Shown: positions 20,540 to 30,684 of the stretch, in pieces
Position numbering within the stretch: position 1 is the stretch's first letter
Layout: each line of letters begins with the position of its first letter
DNA from: a virus
IMG/VR virus record: IMGVR_UViG_3300012936_000001
Coordinates: 32,001 to 96,000 of that record
Strand: one strand, 5' to 3'
DNA length: 64,000 nucleotides
Notes under the pieces: model-generated
What the model was told of the DNA's origin: nothing
Databases searched by the model: none
The model's input: only the letters and a program-made list of their open reading frames with translations
Program-made: the position numbers and the translations under genes

Positions 20540-21340
20540 GTGAAGATTACCAAAAGAAACCTCAGAAGAATTATTTCAGAAGCGATTGAGTCGAGTATGT
20601 TGTTAGAAAGTGCAAGAACATTTTGGCAATACACCGCGGTAATTACGCTGAACAATGTTGACCTATCGTCTCCCGTTGCACCTCGAAACAACAGGCTATA
20701 TCTTGTTATGGAGAGCGCTGATTGGTTTCATATGCCAAAGTATGCAAGGCTCATAAGTTCTGGTATGTTTGATAACTCTTATAAGATTGCCGAAATGGCA
20801 TCAAAAGAACGCAAGATCCTAGGAATGATGGTTGTGAAGAACCCTGATTCTGGTAGAGCCTATGGCGCAGCAGAAGTCGTTCAGGCAGCCGCAAAAAGAG
20901 GATATGGCCCAGCTCTCTATGACTTGGTGATTGGCGATCAACCGGTTGGAATATATGGCGACAGAGATTCAATTGATCCACGTGCATATGATATTTATGA
21001 TTATTACCTCAATAAAAGAGACGACATTGAAAAACTTCCGTTAGATGATCCAGAACAAAGATACACAAAAGATACAATTGATGACATGATTGCATCAACC
21101 GGTGGAAGTTATTTACCATGGAATTATATCGAAGAACCATCACATTCTCTGTGGCTTCAGGATGCAGCAAATCATGTGTATAAAGGCCCAAGACATCCTA
21201 ATATGCAAGAATATTTACAGGCTGGAGAACTTGCAAAAGAATCATTTGCAGAAAGGTGGAAGATATCCATCAAAGACGTTAACGATTTTTTTGCGAAATT
21301 AGCTTTAGATTTCTTTGATGTAAGAGATAATGAAGGCTAA
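20540..21340 (+). CDS. Putative head-packaged protein with GNAT-like motif
   Basis: N-terminal MKITKRNLRRIISE leader. AAAKRGYGPALYD resembles GNAT acetyl-CoA-binding motif A. Upstream ATATTTA. Confidence 0.45.
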   Translation: MKITKRNLRRIISEAIESSMLLESARTFWQYTAVITLNNVDLSSPVAPRNNRLYLVMESADWFHMPKYARLISSGMFDNSYKIAEMASKERKILGMMVVKNPDSGRAYGAAEVVQAAAKRGYGPALYDLVIGDQPVGIYGDRDSIDPRAYDIYDYYLNKRDDIEKLPLDDPEQRYTKDTIDDMIASTGGSYLPWNYIEEPSHSLWLQDAANHVYKGPRHPNMQEYLQAGELAKESFAERWKISIKDVNDFFAKLALDFFDVRDNEG

Positions 21341-21354
21341 TAAAAGGTTATGTG

Positions 21355-21361
21355 ATACTTA
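21355..21361 (+). promoter_or_regulatory. Putative late promoter ATANTTA
   Basis: ATACTTA upstream of 21385. Confidence 0.6.
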
Positions 21362-21384
21362 TAATAAGACTTAGGAGACTACCG

Positions 21385-21795
21385 ATGAAAATCACCAAAA
21401 GACAGTTAAGAAGAATTATAAAAGAATCCATGAACAGCATGGAGCAAAGCTATATATCCAAGATAAACGAACTTCTTTCGGCCGGCGATTACGAAACACA
21501 CATGCAGGGCATTGAACTCATTAAAGCCCTCAGTGAAGAAATACCAGGATTAAAGAATCATCCGGATCTCATGATTCACTCTGCCCACGACGACGATGGT
21601 GAAGTATTTCAAATTAAACATCCTGTTTATAGATCTACTTTGACAAAAGCAGAAGCAGAATCATTCACAGAATATGATGGGGAAAAAGTATACATAGTCG
21701 ATATACACGAGTCTTCAGACGGAATTGGTACTCGTGTCGAATATGGTTATTCTTTTCCAGGTATGGACAAAGTTTATAATCTACGCCGAAGATAA
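21385..21795 (+). CDS. Hypothetical protein with MKITKRQLRRIIKE leader
   Basis: AGGAG RBS before ATG 21385. Upstream ATACTTA. Confidence 0.6.
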   Translation: MKITKRQLRRIIKESMNSMEQSYISKINELLSAGDYETHMQGIELIKALSEEIPGLKNHPDLMIHSAHDDDGEVFQIKHPVYRSTLTKAEAESFTEYDGEKVYIVDIHESSDGIGTRVEYGYSFPGMDKVYNLRRR

Positions 21796-21848
21796 ATTAT
21801 AAACCTTTGTAAATTATATTATAATAAGACTATCTTACAGGAGATTCG

Positions 21849-24800
21849 ATGAAGATAGTACATATTGCTGATGTTCATTGGCGTGGTCTTACCCGTCATG
21901 AGGAATACAAAAGCTGTTTTAGAGATATGTTTGAGAAGTGTCGAGAATTAGAACCCGATGCAATAGTAATAGCTGGAGATATAGTCCATTCAAAGACACA
22001 GGGCATATCTCCAGAGCTAATTGATTGCCTTAACTGGTGGTTTACAGAGCTGAGTAGAATAAGTCGTGTACATGTACTTCTTGGAAATCATGATGGTCTT
22101 ATTCTTAATTCAGATCGACAAGACGCAATATCTCCTATTCTTAATGCCCTCAATCTTCCAAATGTACATTTGTACAAAGATTCAGATGTATACAAAGATC
22201 CAGACTTTCCGGATGTAAGATGGTGTGCGTTTTCTCCTTTTGACGAAAAAGGCTATTCGAACGTAGTACCAAGGCGTGGAAAAATAAATATTGCACTGTA
22301 TCATGGCGCAGTATGGGGATCACACACTGACATGAACTTTATGTTGGATGGTGATTGCAAAATGGACTTCTTCCGCGGGTTTGATTATGTAATGCTAGGA
22401 GATATACACAAACGTCAGCAATTAGATAAGGACGGAAGAATATGGTATTGCGGTTCTCCTATTCAGCAAAATTATGGAGAATCTGGAGAAAAAGGCTTCT
22501 TGCTATGGGACATAAAGTCAAATTCTGATTTTACTGTCGAGTTTCATCCTATTACTCACAATAATCCATTTGTAACAGTACTTTGGAAAGGATCTGTACA
22601 AGCAACCGTAATGGAATGTATGTCAGTCTGGCCAGCTGGTGCAAGATACAGAATAAGATCCACTACAGAACTAGATCCAAAATCAAAAAGAAAACTAGCA
22701 ACGGTTCTTCGGAGAGAACACGACGCACATGAAGTGGTCTATCAAATTAAATCTAATTCGAAAAATTCAGAAAGAATTAAATCCGAAAAGGTAAAAATAG
22801 AAAACCTATCGGATCCTCATACACATAAAAAGTTATTGAGAGAGTGGTGTGATGATATAGTTGAAGAAAATGGATTCTGGAAAGAGGTCGATAGAATTGT
22901 AGACGAGACCGTTCCAAAGCTATCCGTGCCAGAAGAACAAAAAGGAAATATTTGGTCAATAAGAGAAATGAACTTTGATAATACCTTTGGCTACGGAAAA
23001 GACAATATAATTAATTTTATAAAACTGCAAGGAATTGTTGGGCTGTTTGGAAGAAATAGAAGCGGAAAGTCTTCAATCCCGGGCACAATGATGTATGCTT
23101 TGTATAACTCAAATGATAGAGGTATATCGTCTGTTCAACACGTAATCAACACTAGAAAATCGAACTGTTCTGCTGATATAACTTTTTCTGTTAACGGAAA
23201 ATTATACAGGCTCGAAAGACATTCTGTAAGATACGCTGCGCGCGGAGGAAAAAACGAAGGAGCCATGTCATATCTTTCTCTCTTTGAAGTAAACGACGAA
23301 GGGCAAATAATAAAAGACCTTTCAGGAGAACAAAGAAGAGATACTGAGAAAGTATTAAGGTCACTTATAGGCGCACCAGAAGACTTTATGATGACATCTT
23401 TTGCAGCCCAAGGAAACATGAATTCCTTTATCGGTCAAGGCCCAACAGAAAGAAAAAAGACAATCTCTGGATTTATGGGCCTTGATGTATATGACCAATT
23501 TCAATCTATAGTCAGAGAAGAATCTGCTGGCGTAAAGACCATGTTAAAAAGATTGGCAGAAAAAGACTGGGTAGCGCTTATAAGATCTGAAAGATTAGAT
23601 ATATCAAATCTAGAAGAAAGTATTGAGTACCTAAATGAAAAAATACATACTTTGCAAGAAGAATATGTGTCTCTTCGAGACAAAGCGTCACATGAATCTA
23701 ATGGTGATTTTGTAGATCCTGCCGTGCTGTCTAGAAAAAAGAAGTGGGTAGAGTCAAAAAAAGATTCAATTTTAGATTCTAATCAAAAACTAGAGTCGTT
23801 GAAAGAATCGCTAAATCATAAAAAAACAATTCTTGAAAAATACGAAAATAAAAGAGACAATTTTCCTTTGGAATCATATCAGAGAAGACTAGACCTGCTT
23901 AATTCGTTAAGAAATTCAATGCAGAAAATGCAGTCAAATCTAAAGCAAGAAAAAACAATACTAAGCGGTCAAAAAAATTCTGTTTCCTTACTGAAAGAGG
24001 TGCCGTGCGGAGACGCTTTTCCAACATGTAAATTTATTGCCGAATCACACAGAAACAAGCAGTTAATCAAGGAACAAAAGATTTTAGTTCAAGATCTTGG
24101 AAAGGAAATAAAGCAAGCAAAAGAAAACCTAAAACAATTAGAAGACGAAGGCCTAAGGCAAAAGATCGAAAGATATAATGAACTATGTTCCGCCATTCAG
24201 GATATAAAACTGGATATTGTTGTGAAAGAATCGAAAATACAAAAAGAACAATCTATTGTTGAGACGACGCAAAGAGAGATAGAAAGATTGTCTGATGAAA
24301 TAACAGATATGGAATTAAGAACAGATGAAAAAAAATCAGCTGCCTTGAGAAGGCTACAGCAAAAAATGAAATCTATTAATGTAGAAATAGAGACTGGAAA
24401 GTCTGAATTGAGAAGTTATTCGCAGAAAATAGGTGAAAAGAAAGCAAAAATAAATCAATTACAAAAAGAATCTGAAGAATATGACAGGTTACAAGTAGAA
24501 TGGCAGGTATACGATTATCTTTTGAAAGCCACTAGCTGGAGAGGTATTCCGACCTATATTATGAAGAAACAATTGCCGATAATAAACGAAGAGATTTCAA
24601 ATATATTACAAGATATAGTTGGTTTTACAGTAGAGTTAGACATAACAGATAAAAAGACAGATGTGTTTATCAATTATGGAGATTCAATGCGTCCTATCGA
24701 ATGTGCGTCAGGAATGGAAAAAATGGTTTCATCCATGGCTTTGAGAGTAGCTCTTGGAAATGTTTCTAATTTGAACAAGTCTGACATGTTCATAGTCGAC

Positions 24801-24980
24801 GAAGGATTCGGGGCATTAGATCCCCAGAATCTAGAATCTGTGACTAGCCTATTAAAGAAACTTAAGTCTTATTATCGTCTAATCTTGGTGATTTCTCATG
24901 TTGATGTTATCAAAGATTCTGTTGATGATATAATAGAGATAAGAAAGTCTAGCAACGATTCAAAGGTAGTCTATGAGTGA
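21849..24980 (+). CDS. sbcCD: Fused Mre11/SbcD nuclease and Rad50/SbcC ATPase (T4 gp47-gp46 equivalent)
   Basis: Metallophosphoesterase motifs HIADVH, AGD, LGNHD, LGDIH, YCGS. Walker A GRNRSGKSS, long coiled coil, signature ASGMEK, Walker B/D-loop IVDEGFGALD, H-loop ISH. Confidence 0.92.
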   Translation: MKIVHIADVHWRGLTRHEEYKSCFRDMFEKCRELEPDAIVIAGDIVHSKTQGISPELIDCLNWWFTELSRISRVHVLLGNHDGLILNSDRQDAISPILNALNLPNVHLYKDSDVYKDPDFPDVRWCAFSPFDEKGYSNVVPRRGKINIALYHGAVWGSHTDMNFMLDGDCKMDFFRGFDYVMLGDIHKRQQLDKDGRIWYCGSPIQQNYGESGEKGFLLWDIKSNSDFTVEFHPITHNNPFVTVLWKGSVQATVMECMSVWPAGARYRIRSTTELDPKSKRKLATVLRREHDAHEVVYQIKSNSKNSERIKSEKVKIENLSDPHTHKKLLREWCDDIVEENGFWKEVDRIVDETVPKLSVPEEQKGNIWSIREMNFDNTFGYGKDNIINFIKLQGIVGLFGRNRSGKSSIPGTMMYALYNSNDRGISSVQHVINTRKSNCSADITFSVNGKLYRLERHSVRYAARGGKNEGAMSYLSLFEVNDEGQIIKDLSGEQRRDTEKVLRSLIGAPEDFMMTSFAAQGNMNSFIGQGPTERKKTISGFMGLDVYDQFQSIVREESAGVKTMLKRLAEKDWVALIRSERLDISNLEESIEYLNEKIHTLQEEYVSLRDKASHESNGDFVDPAVLSRKKKWVESKKDSILDSNQKLESLKESLNHKKTILEKYENKRDNFPLESYQRRLDLLNSLRNSMQKMQSNLKQEKTILSGQKNSVSLLKEVPCGDAFPTCKFIAESHRNKQLIKEQKILVQDLGKEIKQAKENLKQLEDEGLRQKIERYNELCSAIQDIKLDIVVKESKIQKEQSIVETTQREIERLSDEITDMELRTDEKKSAALRRLQQKMKSINVEIETGKSELRSYSQKIGEKKAKINQLQKESEEYDRLQVEWQVYDYLLKATSWRGIPTYIMKKQLPIINEEISNILQDIVGFTVELDITDKKTDVFINYGDSMRPIECASGMEKMVSSMALRVALGNVSNLNKSDMFIVDEGFGALDPQNLESVTSLLKKLKSYYRLILVISHVDVIKDSVDDIIEIRKSSNDSKVVYE

Positions 24981-25179
24981 TAGAATAGTGAAAAAAATAT
25001 CGGAAGATTTGATAGTGACCTATCCTAAAGACTGGAAAGAGAAAAAGAAAGATTGTCCTCAGTGTGGCTACGCTTTTAGAGATAAATCTGATGTTATCTC
25101 ATATTTACAATATGGTGTTTGTACAGATTGTAGACTCGAAAATTACAAAAAAGAGTATACTTATAAAGAAAAGGAGTAA
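24973..25179 (+). CDS. Small zinc-finger protein
   Basis: CPQC...CTDC, 68 aa, overlaps the sbcCD stop. Confidence 0.6.
   Translation: MSDRIVKKISEDLIVTYPKDWKEKKKDCPQCGYAFRDKSDVISYLQYGVCTDCRLENYKKEYTYKEKE
25157..25163 (+). promoter_or_regulatory. Putative late promoter ATANTTA
   Basis: ATACTTA upstream of 25184 and the terminase. Confidence 0.6.
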
Positions 25180-25183
25180 GAAA

Positions 25184-25597
25184 ATGCCTCTAACAATGGA
25201 AGATTATAACGTTTTGGGTTCTGTGGTTGATTCATCATTTGCAAACAGTTCTGCTAATCAGAAAGGGTATTACGTAAAGGTAAAATTTGCTGGAACAAAA
25301 TCAGACTCTAGAGTCGAAGATAAAGTTAATCCAATGCTCGAAATATACTTTTCTCATGTTGTCAACTTTAATCCCAGGCATGGCATGGATCAACAGAAAA
25401 AAGAACTCGATCGAGTTTCTATGCAGATGTTGAATGATAAATTGTCAGAAGTAAAGAAAGATTATCGAGATTTGGCAGGAAAAACTTTGACTACAAAGCT
25501 ATTCAAGGAAGTAGACCATCCAATGGAACATATTTCACACAACCCTTCCCTGATTCGCGCAGTATACAAGAAGTCTATACTGGTAGAAATAACTTAA
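25184..25597 (+). CDS. Hypothetical protein directly upstream of terminase
   Basis: AAGGAG RBS before ATG 25184 and ATACTTA at 25157. The longer GTG start at 25064 is unlikely. Confidence 0.6.
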   Translation: MPLTMEDYNVLGSVVDSSFANSSANQKGYYVKVKFAGTKSDSRVEDKVNPMLEIYFSHVVNFNPRHGMDQQKKELDRVSMQMLNDKLSEVKKDYRDLAGKTLTTKLFKEVDHPMEHISHNPSLIRAVYKKSILVEIT

Positions 25598-25598
25598 G

Positions 25599-27179
25599 AT
25601 GGCAGTAACTACAAAGCAAAGACAAATAAAAGAAATAATTAAGTGTGGAAAAGATCCGTCTTACTTCTTTAATAGATATTGCAAAATACAGCATCCAATC
25701 AAAGGTGCCATTCCTTTTAAGACATATCAGTTTCAAGATGATTGCGTCAAAGACTTCGAAGAACATCGGTTCAACATAGTCTTAAAGTCTAGACAGTTAG
25801 GCCTGTCAACGATTTCTGCTGCATACAGTGCTTGGCTGGCTATTTTTCACAAAGACAAAAACATACTTGTTATTGCAACGAAGCTAGCTGTAGCACAAAA
25901 TTTTATAAGAAAGGTAAAATTTCTTATAAAGTCCATGCCTAATTGGCTTCTGCTTCCAGAGATAGTAAATAATAACAAACAGGCTCTAGAGTTTTCGAAT
26001 GGATCGACGATAAAAGCCATTCCAACGTCGGAAGATGCAGGTCGTTCAGAAGCTTTGACACTTCTAATTGTCGACGAGGCTGCTTTTGTAAGAAATTTTG
26101 ATACATTGTGGACTGGTTTGTATCCAACCCTATCAACTGGTGGTCGAGCAATTATTCTGTCTACGCCGAATGGAGTCGGCGGGCAATATTATGATCTGTG
26201 GATGCAGGCAGTTTCAAAAGAGAATATATTCAATCCAATTAAATTGGCTTGGGACGTTCACCCAGAAAGAAATGATGAATGGTATGAAAAAGAAACCAAA
26301 AATATGTCTAGACAACAGATTGCGCAAGAATTATTGTGTGACTTTCAAGCTTCTGGCGACACATTCTTGCAAGTTGAGGATATAGAGTACATCAGAAATT
26401 GGATTCGGCCACCAACAGACAAATGGGGTCCTGATATGAACGTCTGGGTTTGGGATTATCCTCTATCTTCCAAGAAATACGTCATATCAGCTGATGTTTC
26501 GCGGGGCGATGCTAGCGATTATTCCACATTTTACGTAATAGACACAGAATCTTCTTCTGTTGCTGCAGAATATAGAGGAAAATTACCTCCAGATAAATTT
26601 GCGCAGGTCTTAGCAGAAGCTGGAAGAAGATATAACGAAGCATTAATATGCCCAGAAAATAATTCTTATGGATACGCGGTAATTATGAAATTATCTGAGA
26701 TGAATTATAGAAATCTTTGGTTTCAAAACGAAAAAGACCGATATTCTTACATGTACGGCAATAAAGAATTAGGAAAGATAGGATTTCAAACAAATGCAAA
26801 GACTAGAAATCAAATTCTTACAAAACTAGAAGAAGTTTTACGTACAAAGCAAGTAATGATAAAATCAAGTCGACTATACGAAGAACTTAAGACTTTTGTT
26901 TGGAAAAATGGAAAGGCGCAAGCTCAAAAAGGGCAAAACGATGACCTTATTATGGCTCTTGCAATTGGAGTATGGTTATATGACACTAGTCCTCAACTAA
27001 ATAAACACTCATACGATATCAATAAAGCAATGTTACAAGCCTTTTCTGTAAATTCAAACAAATTAAAAGATTCAGTTATTGATCCAAATCCAAAATATGA
27101 TAAAGATGGAAATAACGAAAGAAAAATATGGGGAAAGAACAATCCTTATTACTCGAATTTTAAGTGGGTAATAGAGTAG
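25599..27179 (+). CDS. terL: Terminase large subunit (T4 gp17-like)
   Basis: Walker A KSRQLGLST, Walker B LLIVDEAAF, coupling motif STPNG, nuclease motifs ISADVSRG and DDLIMALA. Confidence 0.95.
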   Translation: MAVTTKQRQIKEIIKCGKDPSYFFNRYCKIQHPIKGAIPFKTYQFQDDCVKDFEEHRFNIVLKSRQLGLSTISAAYSAWLAIFHKDKNILVIATKLAVAQNFIRKVKFLIKSMPNWLLLPEIVNNNKQALEFSNGSTIKAIPTSEDAGRSEALTLLIVDEAAFVRNFDTLWTGLYPTLSTGGRAIILSTPNGVGGQYYDLWMQAVSKENIFNPIKLAWDVHPERNDEWYEKETKNMSRQQIAQELLCDFQASGDTFLQVEDIEYIRNWIRPPTDKWGPDMNVWVWDYPLSSKKYVISADVSRGDASDYSTFYVIDTESSSVAAEYRGKLPPDKFAQVLAEAGRRYNEALICPENNSYGYAVIMKLSEMNYRNLWFQNEKDRYSYMYGNKELGKIGFQTNAKTRNQILTKLEEVLRTKQVMIKSSRLYEELKTFVWKNGKAQAQKGQNDDLIMALAIGVWLYDTSPQLNKHSYDINKAMLQAFSVNSNKLKDSVIDPNPKYDKDGNNERKIWGKNNPYYSNFKWVIE

Positions 27180-27184
27180 ACCAC

Positions 27185-27191
27185 ATAATTA
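27185..27191 (+). promoter_or_regulatory. Putative late promoter ATANTTA
   Basis: ATAATTA upstream of the portal. Confidence 0.6.
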
Positions 27192-27212
27192 AAGTTACCC
27201 AGAGGAAAAATT

Positions 27213-29237
27213 ATGGCAGAAGAATCTCTTTTTAGAAGGTTAACGAAGTTATTTCGTTCCGGGCCTACTATCAAAAGAAAAGTGAGAAACATTTCAAAGC
27301 AGGAGCAAAATGCATCTTCTGCCGTTGAATTATTTAAGAAGCACCATTCAGATGTATACAATTCGACCCTCAGTGCCTATGGCACTTTTGATAGAATGGC
27401 AAGATATTCAGACTTTTCCGAAATGGAAGCAACTCCGGAGATAGCTTCAGCACTTGATATTTATTCTGAAGAGTGTGTATCTCCAGATGTAGAAGGAAAG
27501 TGTCTACACATTACTAGCGACAACAGAAAAATAAAAGAACTATTAGAAACTTTGTTCTATGACACTTTAAATATTGATTTCAATCTAGTAATGTGGACCA
27601 GAAACCTTTGTAAATACGGTGATTTTTTCATGTTTAATGATGTGCATCCCGAATATGGAGTAATTAATGCCTATCCGATTCCCATCACAGAAATGGAAAG
27701 AGAAGAAGGGTTTGATAAAGATGACCCATCAGCAATACGATTTAGATGGATCACACAGGGAAATCAGGTTCTGGAAAATTGGCAAATATGTCATTTTCGG
27801 CTACTTGGTAATGATGCTTTTTTACCTTATGGTTCTTCCGTTTTGGAGTCTGCTAGAAGAATATGGCGGCAGCTCATTCTTATCGAAGATGCAATGCTGG
27901 TATATAGGGTTGTGCGTTCTCCTGAACGCCGTGTATTTTATATCGATGTTGGTAATGTCCCTCCAGAAGACGTAGCAAATTATATTGAACAAGCAAAAAC
28001 AGCGTTAAGAAGAGACATGGTTGTAGCCAAAGGATCTGGAACTGTTGACCTTAGATATAATCCAATGGCTGTCGATGAAGATTACTACATTCCTGTTCGT
28101 GGCGGAGATTCTGGTACAAGAATAGATAATTTGGCAGGCGGTCAGAATACTTCGGCTATTGAAGACGTTGAATACATACAGAAAAAATTATTTGCCGCGT
28201 TGAAAATACCAAAAGCTTACTTGGGATACGATGAAGAGATCGGAGCAAAAGCAACCCTTGCACAAGAAGATATAAGGTTCAGTCGTACAATACAAAGAAT
28301 ACAGAAGACCATAATTTCAGAACTCAACAAATTGGCAATGATCCATCTCTACGCACACGGTTTTGAGGGTGAACAATTGCTTGATTTTTCCTTGGGATTG
28401 TCTAACCCATCATCCTTAGCTCAACAGCAAAAATTAGAGTTAATAAGAACAAAATTTGACATTGCCGGCGCAGCTCCAGAGGGAATGGTTTCTCGATCAT
28501 GGATATATCGCAACATATTCTCTTTTACAAGGGACGAAATCGAAAGAATACAAAGAGAGAAGGTCGAGGATAAAATATCAGATGCAGAGCTTGAAAAAGC
28601 CGGTAAAGAACCAGAAGGCGGAGAAGAAGGCGGAGACGCCGGGGGCGGAGGACTTTTTGCCGGTGATTATGTTTCTGGAGATATATTAGATGCAAATAGC
28701 GGTGCAGTTCCTACTGCCGCATTAAAAGAACTCGACGAAGATGATTCGCTAGACGAGTTCGACGTTGATGATTTGGACGAAATAGACCTAGAAGGTATTC
28801 AGTCTAACAATTCTAAAATTAAAGCATCGTCATCCGCGAAGAATGCTTTTGGCGGAAATCTAAAAAAGAAAAGAGACAGAACAGTAAGAGATGGTCCTGC
28901 AAGTACTCATATGCCAGATTTTAAGAAAATGGTTCTAACTGGTAAAGCAGGAAGATCGCAAGATACACTGAATAAACCATATGATAGTGATTTTCTAAAA
29001 AATCCGTTTGGAAACACTTTCTTAGAAACAAAAGATCCAAAATCTCTGGCTGATTACATATTGGGACTCGAGTCAAATGACGAGCCCGTTTACAGAGGCT
29101 ATCGTCCAGTAATGACAAAAGAACTACAGAATATGTTTGAAAGATTAGGAAGCAAATTAGGGAAAAGGTCTATAATTAATGAAACACGGGAATTCTTAAC
29201 TGAAGAATTCGATATTGAACTCGAAGAAGACGAATAG
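27213..29237 (+). CDS. Portal protein (T4 gp20-like) with long acidic C-terminal extension
   Basis: EDAMLVYRVVRSPERRVFYIDVGNVP, EDYYIPVRGG, IEDVEYIQKKLFAALKIP. Confidence 0.93.
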   Translation: MAEESLFRRLTKLFRSGPTIKRKVRNISKQEQNASSAVELFKKHHSDVYNSTLSAYGTFDRMARYSDFSEMEATPEIASALDIYSEECVSPDVEGKCLHITSDNRKIKELLETLFYDTLNIDFNLVMWTRNLCKYGDFFMFNDVHPEYGVINAYPIPITEMEREEGFDKDDPSAIRFRWITQGNQVLENWQICHFRLLGNDAFLPYGSSVLESARRIWRQLILIEDAMLVYRVVRSPERRVFYIDVGNVPPEDVANYIEQAKTALRRDMVVAKGSGTVDLRYNPMAVDEDYYIPVRGGDSGTRIDNLAGGQNTSAIEDVEYIQKKLFAALKIPKAYLGYDEEIGAKATLAQEDIRFSRTIQRIQKTIISELNKLAMIHLYAHGFEGEQLLDFSLGLSNPSSLAQQQKLELIRTKFDIAGAAPEGMVSRSWIYRNIFSFTRDEIERIQREKVEDKISDAELEKAGKEPEGGEEGGDAGGGGLFAGDYVSGDILDANSGAVPTAALKELDEDDSLDEFDVDDLDEIDLEGIQSNNSKIKASSSAKNAFGGNLKKKRDRTVRDGPASTHMPDFKKMVLTGKAGRSQDTLNKPYDSDFLKNPFGNTFLETKDPKSLADYILGLESNDEPVYRGYRPVMTKELQNMFERLGSKLGKRSIINETREFLTEEFDIELEEDE

Positions 29238-29246
29238 GAGCAAAAA

Positions 29247-30086
29247 ATGTCAAAAAAATCCCACAACAAAAAAAGAAATGTCGGGATTATATACGAGCAA
29301 CTGATACAATATATATCTGATCGCCTCGTCAATAATCAGACCACTAGTGCTAACAAGGCAAAGAGAATAGTAAAAAAGCATTTTGTCAAAGATAGTCAGT
29401 TGTATAAAGAGTATAGGTTGTTTATGGCTCTATCAGATACTCATTCGGTAGATCCATCTTTGGCAACACAGATAATTTCAGAAGCTCGAAGAGGTTCTAG
29501 AATACACGACAAAGAAAGATTAAAGAAAGAAAAGTCTATTTTAATAAGAGATATAAATTATCATCTAGGCCAAGATTTTTATAAAAGAAAAATAAAAGAA
29601 TATAAAAAGTTTGCTACAATTCAAGTGCTCTTGAACGAATGGCGATGCGGAAATATATGTGTTGAATATGAAAAAAAATTACACGAAATGCTTACAGAAA
29701 AAAAATCAATTACAAGCTTAGAAGAAGAGAAAAATAAAGATGTTAATAGACTAGTATTGAAATTGGCAGAAGAAAAATTCAATAAAAAGTATTCGAGTTT
29801 GTTAAATGAACAACAAAAAGCAATATTGAACGAATATGTTTTTTCTCAATCCAGCAAAGACTATACAAAGATAAAATCTTCTATCAAAAAAATAAAAGAA
29901 AAAACTGTCGACGCATTGACCAAATATTCTATAGATTGTAAAAATGAAACAGTCAGCAAAAAGATTCAGCCAGTTATAACAGAAGTTCGAAATTTAAGTG
30001 AAAAAAATATAAACGACGAAACTATAAAAAAAGTTTTATCTATAGTTCAATTAAGAAATGAACTTTTGGAGAATAACAATGAGTGA
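29247..30086 (+). CDS. Hypothetical basic protein between portal and protease (possible prohead core component)
   Basis: AGGAG RBS, HNKKRNVGIIYE N-terminus, position in the head module. Confidence 0.55.
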   Translation: MSKKSHNKKRNVGIIYEQLIQYISDRLVNNQTTSANKAKRIVKKHFVKDSQLYKEYRLFMALSDTHSVDPSLATQIISEARRGSRIHDKERLKKEKSILIRDINYHLGQDFYKRKIKEYKKFATIQVLLNEWRCGNICVEYEKKLHEMLTEKKSITSLEEEKNKDVNRLVLKLAEEKFNKKYSSLLNEQQKAILNEYVFSQSSKDYTKIKSSIKKIKEKTVDALTKYSIDCKNETVSKKIQPVITEVRNLSEKNINDETIKKVLSIVQLRNELLENNNE

Positions 30087-30684
30087 TTTGAAATTATTAA
30101 CTGAGTTTAATGCATGGGAATTTGACAAAGAAAAAATGTTGAACGAAAGAACCAGTTCAAACAGATACGTTATGAAAGGTATTCTTCAAAAGGCAGACAC
30201 TCTAAACCAAAATGGAAGAATATATCCGCAGGATATCTTGGAAAGAGAGGTGCGAAATTATCAAAAATTTATTGCCGAAAATAGAGCGCTTGGCGAATTG
30301 GATCACCCGGATTCTTCTGTAGTAGAGTTGAAAAATGCTTCCCATATTGTTCGAGAAGCTTATATGGACGGAAAGATATGTTATGGAACAGTAGAAATTC
30401 TTGATACTCCTGCTGGCAAGATTCTTAAGTCTTTGGTTGACAACGGAGTGACATTAGGTATATCGTCCAGAGGCGTAGGGTCTACGAGATCTGAAGGAGA
30501 TTATCAGGTTGTTCAAGACGATTTTCAACTTATCTGCTGGGATTTCGTGTCGGAACCATCAACCCCCGGCGCCTTCATGATGAAAGAAGCAAAAGAAATA
30601 AAGCCATCCGATCTTAAGAAAGTATTTAATAAATCGGATAGAATTGATAGAATATTCAACAACATATTAGATTGGAGAAAGTAA
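30079..30684 (+). CDS. Prohead maturation protease (T4 gp21-like)
   Basis: NQNGRIYP, ALGELDHP, ASH, LDTPAG, GISSRGVGS, DFVSEPSTPGA. GGAG RBS before ATG 30079. Confidence 0.93.
   Translation: MSDLKLLTEFNAWEFDKEKMLNERTSSNRYVMKGILQKADTLNQNGRIYPQDILEREVRNYQKFIAENRALGELDHPDSSVVELKNASHIVREAYMDGKICYGTVEILDTPAGKILKSLVDNGVTLGISSRGVGSTRSEGDYQVVQDDFQLICWDFVSEPSTPGAFMMKEAKEIKPSDLKKVFNKSDRIDRIFNNILDWRK

Noticed and set aside
25064-25183. Longer N-termini from the ORF track (25064, and also 21352, 30058, 33200, 34950, 36996, 62600)
   Set aside because: Downstream ATGs have properly spaced SD sequences or promoter geometry, and several extensions run through the RBS itself.
25184-25597. Terminase small subunit
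   Set aside because: Only its position supports this; no recognisable TerS motif, so it is left hypothetical.
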